Source: Antedon mediterranea
Lineage: Eukaryota > Animalia > Echinodermata
DNA: 64,000 bases
Direction of reading: 5' to 3'
NCBI RefSeq assembly: GCF_964355755.1
Contig: NC_092680.1
Location: 11,098,001-11,162,000 of the forward strand
Positions within the stretch are counted from its first letter, which is position 1, and the number at the start of each line of letters is the position of its first letter. A program made the translations under genes and the position numbers. This document shows, piece after piece, positions 24,301-36,930 of the stretch. Below the pieces are notes generated by a model, which worked only from the letters and a program-made list of their open reading frames with translations, was not told where the DNA came from and ran no database searches.

Positions 24301-27300
24301 AACGTTTTTAAATACGATATTAAGCTATTTTGTGATCTTTGATGTTTTTGTGTGAAAAGTTTTATCGAAATGCTCAAAATGGTCTAAAACGGTTTCTATT
24401 GTGATTTTAAGCACTTTGATGATTTTGTGTAACCAAGTTTCATCGAAATGTACAAAATGGTCTAAAACTTCTCCAAATGCGATTTGAAGCTATTCTAAGT
24501 ACTTTTGTGTTTTTATGTTAACAAGTTTTTTCGAAAATCACAAAATGGTCTAAAACGTCTTCAAATGCGATTTGAAGCTATTCTGTACACTTTGATGTTT
24601 TGTGTGAAAAAGTTTTGTCAAAATGCTCAAAATGGTCTAAAACGTTTTTAAAACGATATTAAGCTATTTTGTGCTCTTTGATGTTTTTGTGTAACCAAGT
24701 TTCATCGAAAATCACAAAATGGTCTAAAACGTCTCCAAATGCGATTTGAAGCTTTTCTAAGCACTTTGGTGTTTTTATGTTAACAAGTTTTTTCGAAAAT
24801 CACGAAATTGTCTAAAATGTCTCCAAATGCGATTTTAAGATATTCTGAGCACTTTGGTGTTTTTATGTTAAAACGTTTTTTCGAAAATCACAAAATGGTC
24901 TAAAACGTCTCCAAATGCGATTTGAAGCTCTTCTGTACACTTTGATGTTTTGTGTGAAAAAGTTTTGTCGATATGCTCAAAATGGTCTAAAACGTTTTTA
25001 AATACGATATTAAGCTGTTTTGTGCAGTTTGATGATTTGTGTGAAAAGTTTTAACGAAATGCTCAAAATGGTCTAAAACGGTTTCTAATGCGATTTGAAG
25101 CTATTCTGTACACTTTGAAGTTTTTTGTGAAAAAGTTTTCTCGAAATGCTCAAAATGGTCTAAAACGTTTTTATATACCATATTAAGCTATTTTGTGCAC
25201 TTTGATGTTTTTTGTGAAAAGTTTTATCGAAATGCTCAAAATGGTCTGAAACGGTTTCTATTGTGATTTTAAGCACTTTGATGATTTTGTGTAACCAAGT
25301 TTCATCGAAATGTACAAAATGGTCTAAAACGTCTCCAAATGCGATTTGAAGCTATTCTAAGTACTTTTGTGTTTTTATGTTAACAAGTTTTTTCGAAAAT
25401 CACGAAATGGTCTAAAATGTCTCCACATGCGATTTGAAGATATTCTGAGCACTTTGGTGTTTTTATGTTAAAAAGTTTTGTCGAAATGCTCAAAATGGTC
25501 TAAAACGTTTTTAAATACGATATTAAGCTATTTTGTGATCTTTGATGTTTTTGTGTGAAAAGTTTTATCGAAATGCTCAAAATGGTCTGAAACGGTTTCT
25601 AATGCGATTTGAAGCTATTCTGTACACTTTAAAGTTTTTTGTGAAAAAGTTTTCTCGAAATTCTCAAAATGGTCTAAAACGTTTTTATATACCATATTAA
25701 GCTATTTTGTGCACTTTGATGTTTTTTGTGAAAAGTTTTATCGAAATGCTCAAAATGGTCTAAAACGGTTTCTATTGTGATTTTAAGCACTTTGATGATT
25801 TTGTGTAACCAAGTTTCATCGAAATGTACAAAATGGTCTAAAACGTCTCCAAATGCGATTTGAAGCTATTCTAAGTACTTTTGTGGTTTTATGTTAACAA
25901 GTTTTTTCGAAAATCACGAAATGGTCTAAAACGTCTTCAAATGCGATTTGAAGCTATTCTGTACACTTTGATGTTTTGTGTGAAAAAGTTTTGTCGAAAT
26001 GCTCAAAATGGTCTAAAACGTTTTTAAATACGATATTAAGCTATTTTGTGATCTTTGATGTTTTTGTGTGAAAAGTTTTATCGAAATGCTCAAAATGGTC
26101 TAAAACGGTTTCTATTGTGATTTTAAGCACTTTGATGATTTTGTGTAACCAAGTTTCATCGAAATGTACAAAATGGTCTAAAACGTCTCCAAATGCGATT
26201 TGAAGCTATTCTAAGTACTTTTGTGTTTTTATGTTAACAAGTTTTTTCGAAAATCACAAAATGGTCTAAAACGTCTTCAAATGCGATTTGAAGCTATTCT
26301 GTACACTTTGATGTTTTGTGTGAAAAAGTTTTGTCAAAATGCTCAAAATGGTCTAAAACGGTTTTAAAACGATATTAAGCTATTTTGTGCTCTTTGATGT
26401 TTTTGTGTAACCAAGTTTCATCGAAAATCACAAAATGGTCTAAAACGTCTCCAAATGCGATTTGAAGCTTTTCTAAGCACTTTGGTGTTTTTATGTTAAC
26501 AAGTTTTTTCGAAAATCACAAAATGGTCTAAAACGTCTCCAAATGCGATTTGAAGCTCTTCTGTACACTTTGATGTTTTGTGTGAAAAAGTTTTGTCGAA
26601 ATTCTCAAAATGGTCTAAAACGTTTTTAAATACGATATTAAGCTGTTTTGTGCACTTTGATGATTTGTGTGAAAAGTTTTAACGAAATGCTCAAAATGGT
26701 CAAAAACGGTTTCTAATGTGATTTTAAGCACTTTGATGTTTTTGTGTAACCAAGTTTTTTCAAAAATTTCAAAATGGTCTAAAACGTCTCCAAATGCGAT
26801 TTGAAGCTTTTCTAAGCACTTTGGTGTTTTTATGTTAACAAGTTTTTTCGAAAATCACAAAATGGTCTAAAACGTCTCCAAATGCGATTTGAAGCTCTTC
26901 TGTACACTTTGATGTTTTGTGTGAAAAAGTTTTGTCGAAATTCTCAAAATGGTCTAAAACGTTTTTAAATACGATATTAAGCTGTTTTGTGCACTTTGAT
27001 GATTTGTGTGAAAAGTTTTAACGAAATGCTCAAAATGGTCAAAAACGGTTTCTAATGTGATTTTAAGCACTTTGATGTTTTTGTGTAACCAAGTTTTTTC
27101 AAAAATTTCAAAATGGTCTAAAACGTCTCCAAATGCGATTTGAAGCTTTTCTAAGCACTTTGGTGTTTTTATGTTAACAAGTTTTTTCGAAAATCACGAA
27201 ATTGTCTAAAATGTCTCCAAATGCGATTTTAAGATATTCTGAGCACTTTGGTGTTTTTATGTTAAAACGTTTTTTCGAAAATCACAAAATGGTCTAAAAC

Positions 27301-30300
27301 GTCTCCAAATGCGATTTGAAGCTCTTCTGTACACTTTGATGTTTTGTGTGAAAAAGTTTTGTCGATATGCTCAAAATGGTCTAAAACGTTTTTAAATACG
27401 ATATTAAGCTGTTTTGTGCAGTTTGATGATTTGTGTGAAAAGTTTTAACGAAATGCTCAAAATGGTCTAAAACGGTTTCTAATGCGATTTGAAGCTATTC
27501 TGTACACTTTGAAGTTTTTTGTGAAAAAGTTTTCTCGAAATGCTCAAAATGGTCTAAAACGTTTTTATATACCATATTAAGCTATTTTGTGCACTTTGAT
27601 GTTTTTTGTGAAAAGTTTTATCGAAATGCTCAAAATGGTCTGAAACGGTTTCTATTGTGATTTTAAGCACTTTGATGATTTTGTGTAACCAAGTTTCATC
27701 GAAATGTACAAAATGGTCTAAAACGTCTCCAAATGCGATTTGAAGCTATTCTAAGTACTTTTGTGTTTTTATGTTAACAAGTTTTTTCGAAAATCACGAA
27801 ATGGTCAAAAATGTCTCCACATGCGATTTGAAGATATTCTGAGCACTTTGGTGTTTTTATGTTAAAAAGTTTTGTCGAAATGCTCAAAATGGTCTAAAAC
27901 GTTTTTAAATACGATATTAAGCTATTTTGTGATCTTTGATGTTTTTGTGTGAAAAGTTTTATCGAAATGCTCAAAATGGTCTGAAACGGTTTCTAATGCG
28001 ATTTGAAGCTATTCTGTACACTTTGAAGTTTTTTGTGAAAAAGTTTTCTCGAAATTCTCAAAATGGTCTAAAACGTTTTTATATACCATATTAAGCTATT
28101 TTGTGCACTTTGATGTTTTTTGTGAAAAGTTTTATCGAAATGCTCCAAAATGGTCTAAAACGGTTTCTATTGTGATTTTAAGCACTTTGATGATTTTGTG
28201 TAACCAAGTTTCATAGAAATGTACAAAATGGTCTAAAACGTCTCCAAATGCGATTTGAAGCTATTCTAAGTACTTTTGTGGTTTTATGTTAACAAGTTTT
28301 TTCGAAAATCACGAAATGGTCTAAAACGTCTTCAAATGCGATTTGAAGCTATTCTGTACACTTTGATGTTTTGTGTGAAAAAGTTTTGTCGAAATGCTCA
28401 AAATGGTCTAAAACGTTTTTAAATACGATATTAAGCTATTTTGTGATCTTTGATGTTTTTGTGTGAAAAGTTTTATCGAAATGCTCAAAATGGTCTAAAA
28501 CGGTTTCTATTGTGATTTTAAGCACTTTGATGATTTTGTGTAACCAAGTTTCATCGAAATGTACAAAATGGTCTAAAACGTCTCCAAATGCGATTTGAAG
28601 CTATTCTAAGTACTTTTGTGTTTTTATGTTAACAAGTTTTTTCGAAAATCACAAAATGGTCTAAAACGTCTTCAAATGCGATTTGAAGCTATTCTGTACA
28701 CTTTGATGTTTTGTGTGAAAAAGTTTTGTCAAAATGCTCAAAATGGTCTAAAACGGTTTTAAAACGATATTAAGCTATTTTGTGCTCTTTGATGTTTTTG
28801 TGTAACCAAGTTTCATCGAAAATCACAAAATGGTCTAAAACGTCTCCAAATGCGATTTAAAGCTTTTCTAAGCACTTTGGTGTTTTTATGTTAACAAGTT
28901 TTTTCGAAAATCACAAAATGGTCTAAAACGTCTCCAAATGCGATTTGAAGCTCTTCTGTACACTTTGATGTTTTGTGTGAAAAAGTTTTGTCGAAATTCT
29001 CAAAATGGTCTAAAACGTTTTTAAATACGATATTAAGCTGTTTTGTGCACTTTGATGATTTGTGTGAAAAGTTTTAACGAAATGCTCAAAATTGTCAAAA
29101 ACGGTTTCTAATGTGATTTTAAGCACTTTGATGTTTTTGTGTAACCAAGTTTTTTCAAAAATCACAAAATGGTCTAAAACGTCTCCAAATGCGATTTGAA
29201 GCTTTTCTAAGCACTTTTGTGTTTTTATGTTAACAAGTTTTTTCGAAAATCACAAAATGGTGTAAAACGTCTTCAAATGCGATTTGAAGATATTCTGAGC
29301 ACTTTGGTGTTTTTATGTTAAAAAGTTTTTTCGAAAATCACAAAATAGTCTAAAACGTCTCCAAATGCGATTTGAAGCTATTCTGTACACTTTGATGTTT
29401 TGTGTGAAAAAGTTTTGTCAAAATGCTCAAAATGGTCTAAAACGTTTTTAAAACGATATTAAGCTATTTTGTGCTCTTTGATGTTTTTGTGTAACCAAGT
29501 TTCATCGAAAATCACAAAATGGTCTAAAACGTCTCCAAATGCGATTTGAAGCTTTTCTAAGCACTTTGGTGTTTTTATGTTAACAAGTTTTTTCGAAAAT
29601 CTTGAAATGGTCTAAAATGTCTCCAAATGCGATTTGAAGATATTCTGAGCACTTTGGTGTTTTTATGTTAAAAAGTTTTTTCGAAAATCACAAAATGGTC
29701 TAAAACGTCTCCAAATGCGATTTGAAGCTCTTCTGTACACTTTGATGTTTTGTGTGAAAAAGATTTGTCGATATGCTCAAAATGGTCTAAAACGTTTTTA
29801 AATACGATATTAAGCTGTTTTGTGCACTTTAATGATTTGTGTAAAAAGTTTTACGAAATGCTCAAAATGGTCTAAAACGGTTTCTAATGTGATTTTAAGC
29901 ACTTTGATGTTTTTGTGTAACCAAGTTTTATCGAAAATCACAAAATGGTCTAAAACGTCTCCAAATGCGATTTGAAGCTTTTCTAAGCACTTTGGTGTTT
30001 TTATGTTAACAAGTTTTTTCGAAAATCACAAAATGGTCTAAAACGTCTCCAAATGCGATTTGAGGATATTCTGAGCACTTTGGTGTTTTTTTGTTAAAAA
30101 GTTTTTTCGAAAATCACAAAATGGTCTAAAACGTCTCCAAATGCGATTTGAAGCTATTCTGTACACTTTGATGTTTTGTGTGAAAAAGTTTTGTCGAAAT
30201 GCTCAAAATGGTCTAAAACATTTTTAAATACGATATTAAGCTATTTTGTGATCTTTGATGTTTTTGTGTGAAAAGTTTTATCGAAATGCTCAAAATGGTC

Positions 30301-33300
30301 TAAAACGGTTTCTATTGTGATTTTAAGCACTTTGATGATTTTGTGTAACCAAGTTTCATCGAAATGTACAAAATGGTCTAAAACGTCTCCAAATGCGATT
30401 TGAAGCTATTCTAAGTACTTTTGTGTTTTTATGTTAACAAGTTTTTTCGAAAATCACAAAATGGTCTAAAACGTCTTCAAATGCGATTTGAAGCTATTCT
30501 GTACACTTTGATGTTTTGTGTGAAAAAGTTTTGTCAAAATGCTCAAAATGGTCTAAAACGTTTTTAAAACGATATTAAGCTATTTTGTGCTCTTTGATGT
30601 TTTTGTGTAACCAAGTTTCATCGAAAATCACAACATGGTCTAAAACGTCTCCAAATGCGATTTGAAGCTTTTCTAAGCACTTTGGTGTTTTTATGTTAAC
30701 AAGTTTTTTCGAAAATCACAAAATGGTCTAAAACGTCTCCAAATGCGATTTGAAGCTCTTCTGTACACTTTGATGTTTTGTTTGAAAAAGTTTTGTCGAA
30801 ATTCTCAAAATGGTCTAAAACGTTTTTAAATACGATATTAAGCTGTTTTGTGCACTTTGATGATTTGTGTGAAAAGTTTTAACGAAATGCTCAAAATGGT
30901 CTAAAACGGTTTCTAATGTGATTTTAAGCACTTTGATGTTTTTGTGTAACCAAGTTTTTTCGAAAATCACAAAATAGTCTAAAACGTCTCCAAATGCGAT
31001 TTGAAGCTATTCTGTACACTTTTATGTTTTGTGTGAAAAAGTTTTGTCGAAATGCTCAAAATGGTCTAAAACGTTTTAATATACCATATTAAGCTATTTT
31101 GTGCACTTTGATGTTTTTTGTGAAAAGTTTTATCGAAATCCTCAAAATGGTCTAAAACGGTTTCTATTGTGATTTTAAGCACTTTGATGATTTTGTGTAA
31201 CCAAGTTTCATCGAAATGTACAAAATGGTCTAAAACGTCTCCAAATGCGATTTGAAGCTATTCTAAGTACTTTTGTGTTTTTATGTTAACAAGTTTTTTC
31301 GAAAATCACAAAATGGTCTAAAACGTCTTCAAATGCGATTTGAAGCTATTCTGTACACTTTGATGTTTTGTGTGAAAAAGTTTTGTCAAAATGCTCAAAA
31401 TGGTCTAAAACGTTTTTAAAACGATATTAAGCTATTTTGTGCTCTTTGATGTTTTTGTGTAACCAAGTTTCATCGAAAATCACAACATGGTCTAAAACGT
31501 CTCCAAATGCGATTTGAAGCTTTTCTAAGCACTTTGGTGTTTTTATGTTAACAAGTTTTTTCGAAAATCACAAAATGGTCTAAAACGTCTCCAAATGCGA
31601 TTTGAAGCTCTTCTGTACACTTTGATGTTTTGTTTGAAAAAGTTTTGTCGAAATTCTCAAAATGGTCTAAAACGTTTTTAAATACGATATTAAGCTGTTT
31701 TGTGCACTTTGATGATTTGTGTGAAAAGTTTTAATGAAATGCTCAAAATGGTCTAAAACGGTTTCTAATGTGATTTTAAGCACTTTGATGTTTTTGTGTA
31801 ACCAAGTTTTTTCGAAAATCACAAAATAGTCTAAAACGTCTCCAAATGCGATTTGAAGCTATTCTGTACACTTTTATGTTTTGTGTGAAAAAGTTTTGTC
31901 GAAATGCTCAAAATGGTCTAAAACGTTTTAATATACCATATTAAGCTATTTTGTGCACTTTGATGTTTTTTGTGAAAAGTTTTATCGAAATCCTCAAAAT
32001 GGTCTAAAACGGTTTCTATTGTGATTTTAAGCACTTTGATGATTTTGTGTAACCAAGTTTCATCGAAATGTACAAAATGGTCTAAAACGTCTCCAAATGC
32101 GATTTGAAGCTATTCTAAGTACTTTTGTGTTTTTATGTTAACAAGTTTTTTTTTAAATCACAAAATGGTCTAAAACGTCTTCAAATGCGATTTGAAGCTA
32201 TTCTGTACACTTTGATGTTTTGTGTGAAAAAGTTTTGTCGAAATGCTCAAAATGGTCTAAAACGTTTTTAAATACGATATTAAGCTATTTTGTGATCTTT
32301 GATGTTTTTGTGTGAAAAGTTTTATCGAAATGCTCAAAATGGTCTAAAACGGTTTCTATTGTGATTTTAAGCACTTTGATGATTTTGTGTAACCAAGTTT
32401 CATCGAAATGTACAAAATGGTCTAAAACGTCTCCAAATGCGATTTGAAGCTATTCTAAGTACTTTTGTGTTTTTATGTTAACAAGTTTTTTCGAAAATCA
32501 CAAAATGGTCTAAAACGTCTTCAAATGCGATTTGAAGCTATTCTGTACACTTTGATGTTTTGTGTGAAAAAGTTTTGTCGAAATGCTCAAAATGGTCTAA
32601 AACGTTTTTAAATACGATATTAAGCTATTTTGTGCTCTTTGATGTTTTTGTGTAACCAAGTTTCATCGAAAATCACAAAATGGTCTAAAACGTCTTCAAA
32701 TGCGATTTGAAGCTATTCTGTACACTTTGATGTTTTGTGTGAAAAAGTTTTGTCAAAATGCTCAAAATGGTCTAAAACGTTTTTAAAACGATATTAAGCT
32801 ATTTTGTGCTCTTTGATGTTTTTGTGTAACCAAGTTTCATCGAAAATCACAAAATGGTCTAAAACGTTTTTAAAACGATATTAAGCTATTTTGTGCTCTT
32901 TGATGTTTTTGTGTAACCAAGTTTCATCGAAATCAACAAAATGGTCTAATACGTCTTCAAATGCGATTTGAAGCTATTCTGTACACTTTGATGTTTTGTG
33001 TGAAAAAGTTTTGTCGAAATGCTCAAAATGGTCTAAAACGTTTTTAAATACGATATAAAGCTATTTTGTGATCTTTGATGTTTTTGTGTGAAAAGTTTTA
33101 TCGAAATGCTCAAAATGGTCTAAAACGTCTCCAAATGCGATTTGAAGCTATTCTGTACACTTTGATGTTTTGTGTGAAAAAGTTTTGTCGAAATGCTCAA
33201 AATGGTCTAAAACGTTTTTAAATACGATATTAAGCTATTTTGTGATCTTTGATGTTTTTGTGTGAAAAGTTTTATCGAAATGCTCAAAATGGTCTAAAAC

Positions 33301-36300
33301 GGTTTCTATTGTGATTTTAAGCACTTTGATGATTTTGTGTAACCAAGTTTCATCGAAATGTACAAAATGGTCTAAAACGTCTCCAAATGCGATTTGAAGC
33401 TATTCTAAGTACTTTTGTGTTTTTATGTTAACAAGTTTTTTCGAAAATCACAAAATGGTCTAAAACGTCTTCAAATGCGATTTGAAGCTATTCTGTACAC
33501 TTTGATGTTTTGTGTGAAAAAGATTTGTCGATATGCTCAAAATGGTCTAAAACGTTTTTAAATACGATATTAAGCTGTTTTGTGCACTTTAATGATTTGT
33601 GTGAAAAGTTTTACGAAATGCTCAAAATGGTCTAAAACGGTTTCTAATGTGATTTTAAGCACTTTGATGTTTTTGTGTAACCAAGTTTTTTCGAAAATCA
33701 CAAAATGGTCTAAAACGTCTCCAAATGCGATTTCAAGCTTTTCTAAGCACTTTGGTGTTTTTATGTTAACAAGTTATTTCGAAAATCACAAAATGGTCTA
33801 AAACGTCTCCAAATGCGATTTGAGGATATTCTAAGCACTTTGGTGTTTTTATGTTAAAAAGTTTTTTCGAAAATCACAAAATGGTCTAAACGTCTCCAAA
33901 TGCGATTTGAAGCTATTCTGTACACTTTGATGTTTTGTGTGAAAAAGTTTTGTCGAAATGCTCAAAATGGTCTAAAACGTTTTTAAAACGATATTAAGCT
34001 ATTTTGTGCTCTTTGATGTTTTTGTGTAACCAAGTTTCATCGAAATCAACAAAATGGTCTAATACGTCTCCAAATGCGATTTGAAGTTTTTCCAAGCACT
34101 TTGCTGTTTTTATGTTAACAAGTTTTTTCGAAAATCACAAAATGGTCTAAAACGTCTTCAAATGCGATTTGAAGCTATTCTGTACACTTTGATGTTTTGT
34201 GTGAAAAAGTTTTGTCGAAATGCTCAAAATGGTCTAAAACGTTTTTAAATACGATATAAAGCTATTTTGTGATCTTTGATGTTTTTGTGTGAAAAGTTTT
34301 ATCGAAATGCTCAAAATGGTCTAAAACGGTTTCTAATGCGATTTGAAGCTATTCTGTACCCTTTGAAGTTTTTTGTGAAAAAGTTTTCTCGAAATGCTCA
34401 AAATGGTCTAAAAAGTTTTTATATACCATATTAAGCTATTTTGTGCACTTTGATGTTTTTTGTGAAAAGTTTTATCGAAATGCTCAAAATGGTCTAAAAC
34501 GGTTTCTATTGGGATTTTAAGCACTTTGATGATTTTGTGTAACCAAGTTTCATCGAAATGTACAAAATGGTCTAAAACGTCTCCAAATGCGATTTGAAGC
34601 TATTCTAAGTACTTTTGTGTTTTTATGTTAACAAGTTTTTTCGAAAATCACAAAATGGTCTAAAACGTCTTCAAATGCGATTTGAAGCTATTCTGTACAC
34701 TTTTATGTTTTGTGTGAAAAAGTTTTGTCGAAATTCTCAAAATGGTCTAAAACGTTTTTAAATACGATATTAAGCTGTTTTGTGCACTTTGATGATTTGT
34801 GTGAAAAGTTTTAACGAAATGCTCAAAATGGTCAAAAACGGTTTCTAATGTGATTTTAAGCACTTTGATGTTTTTGTGTAACCAAGTTTTTTCAAAAATC
34901 ACAAAATGGTCTAAAACGTCTCCAAATGCGATTTGAAGCTTTTCTAAGCACTTTGGTGTTTTTATGTTAACAAGTTTTTTCGAAAATCACAAAATGGTCT
35001 AAAACGTCTCCAAATGCGATTTGAAGATATTCTGAGCACTTTGGTGTTTTTATGTTAAAAAGTTTTTTCGAAAATCACAAAATAGTCTAAAACGTCTCCA
35101 AATGCGATTTGAAGCTATTCTGTACACTTTGATGTTTTGTGTGAAAAAGTTTTGTCGAAATGCTCAAAATGGTCTAAAACGTTTTTAAAACGATATTAAG
35201 CTATTTTGTGCTCTTTGATGTTTTTGTGTAACCAAGTTTCATCGAAAATCACAAAATGGTCTAAAACGTCTCAAAATGCGATTTGAAGCTTTTCTAAGCA
35301 CTTTGGTGTTTTTATGTTAACAAGTTTTTTCGAAAATCACGAAATGGTCTAAAATGTCTCCAAATGCGATTTGAAGATATTCTGAGCACTTTGGTGTTTT
35401 TATGTTAAAAAGTTTTTTCGAAAATCACAAAATGGTCTAAAACGTCTCCAAATGCGATTTGAAGCTCTTCTGTACACTTTGATGTTTTGTGTGAAAAAGT
35501 TTTGTCGAAATGCTCAAAATGGTCTAAAACGTTTTTAAATACGATATTAAGCTGTTTTGTGCACTTTGATGATTTGTGTGAAAAGTTTTAACGAAATGCT
35601 CAAAATGGTCTAAAACGGTTTCTAATGTGATTTTAAGCACTTTGATGTTTTTGTGTAACCAAGTTTTATCGATAATCACAAAATAGTCTAAAACGTCTCC
35701 AAATGCGATTTGAAGCTTTTCTAAGCACTTTGGTGTTTTTATGTTAACAAGTTTTTTCGAAAATCACAAAATGGTCTAAAACGTCTCCAAATGCGATTTG
35801 AGGATATTCTGAGCACTTTGGTGTTTTTTTGTTAAAAAGTTTTTTCGAAAATCACAAAATGGTCTAAAACTTCTCCAAATGCGATTTGAAGCTATTCTGT
35901 ACACTTTGATGTTTTGTGTGAAAAAGTTTTGTCGAAATGCTCAAAATGGTCTAAAACATTTTTAAATACGATATTAAGCTATTTTGTGATCTTTGATGTT
36001 TTTGTGTGAAAAGTTTTATCGAAATGCTCAAAATGGTCTAAAACGGTTTCTATTGTGATTTTAAGCACTTTGATGATTTTGTGTAACCAAGTTTCATCGA
36101 AATGTACAAAATGGTCTAAAACGTCTCCAAATGCGATTTGAAGCTATTCTAAGTACTTTTGTGTTTTTATGTTAACAAGTTTTTTCGAAAATCACAAAAT
36201 GGTCTAAAACGTCTTCAAATGCGATTTGAAGCTATTCTGTACACTTTGATGTTTTGTGTGAAAAAGTTTTGTCAAAATGCTCAAAATGGTCTAAAACGTT

Positions 36301-36930
36301 TTTAAAACGATATTAAGCTATTTTGTGCTCTTTGATGTTTTTGTGTAACCAAGTTTCATCGAAAATCACAACATTGTCTAAAACGTCTCCAAATGCGATT
36401 TGAAGCTTTTCTAAGCACTTTGGTGTTTTTATGTTAACAAGTTTTTTCGAAAATCACAAAATGGTCTAAAACGTCTCCAAATGCGATTTGAAGCTCTTCT
36501 GTACACTTTGATGTTTTGTTTGAAAAAGTTTTGTCGAAATTCTCAAAATGGTCTAAAACGTTTTTAAATACGATATTAAGCTGTTTTGTGCACTTTGATG
36601 ATTTGTGTGAAAAGTTTTAACGAAATGCTCAAAATGGTCTAAAACGGTTTCTAATGTGATTTTAAGCACTTTGATGTTTTTGTGTAACCAAGTTTTTTCG
36701 AAAATCACAAAATAGTCTAAAACGTCTCCAAATGCGATTTGAAGCTATTCTGTACACTTTTATGTTTTGTGTGAAAAAGTTTTGTCGAAATGCTCAAAAT
36801 GGTCTAAAACGTTTTAATATACCATATTAAGCTATTTTGTGCACTTTGATGTTTTTTGTGAAAAGTTTTATCGAAATCCTCAAAATGGTCTAAAACGGTT
36901 TCTATTGTGATTTTAAGCACTTTGATGATT
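17564..36930 (+). repeat. Macro-repeat copy 2 (19,367 bp)
   Basis: Start motif recurs at 17564 and 36931. Identical 73-aa pseudo-ORFs at 14213 and 33580 are also 19,367 apart. The extra 1,804 bp relative to copy 1 lies within ~28.3-32.2 kb. Confidence 0.9.
30289..32151 (+). repeat. Tandem duplication of an 852-bp (10-monomer) block, specific to copy 2
   Basis: CAACATGG at 30631/31483 and TTTGAAAAAG at 30781/31633. Confidence 0.88.
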
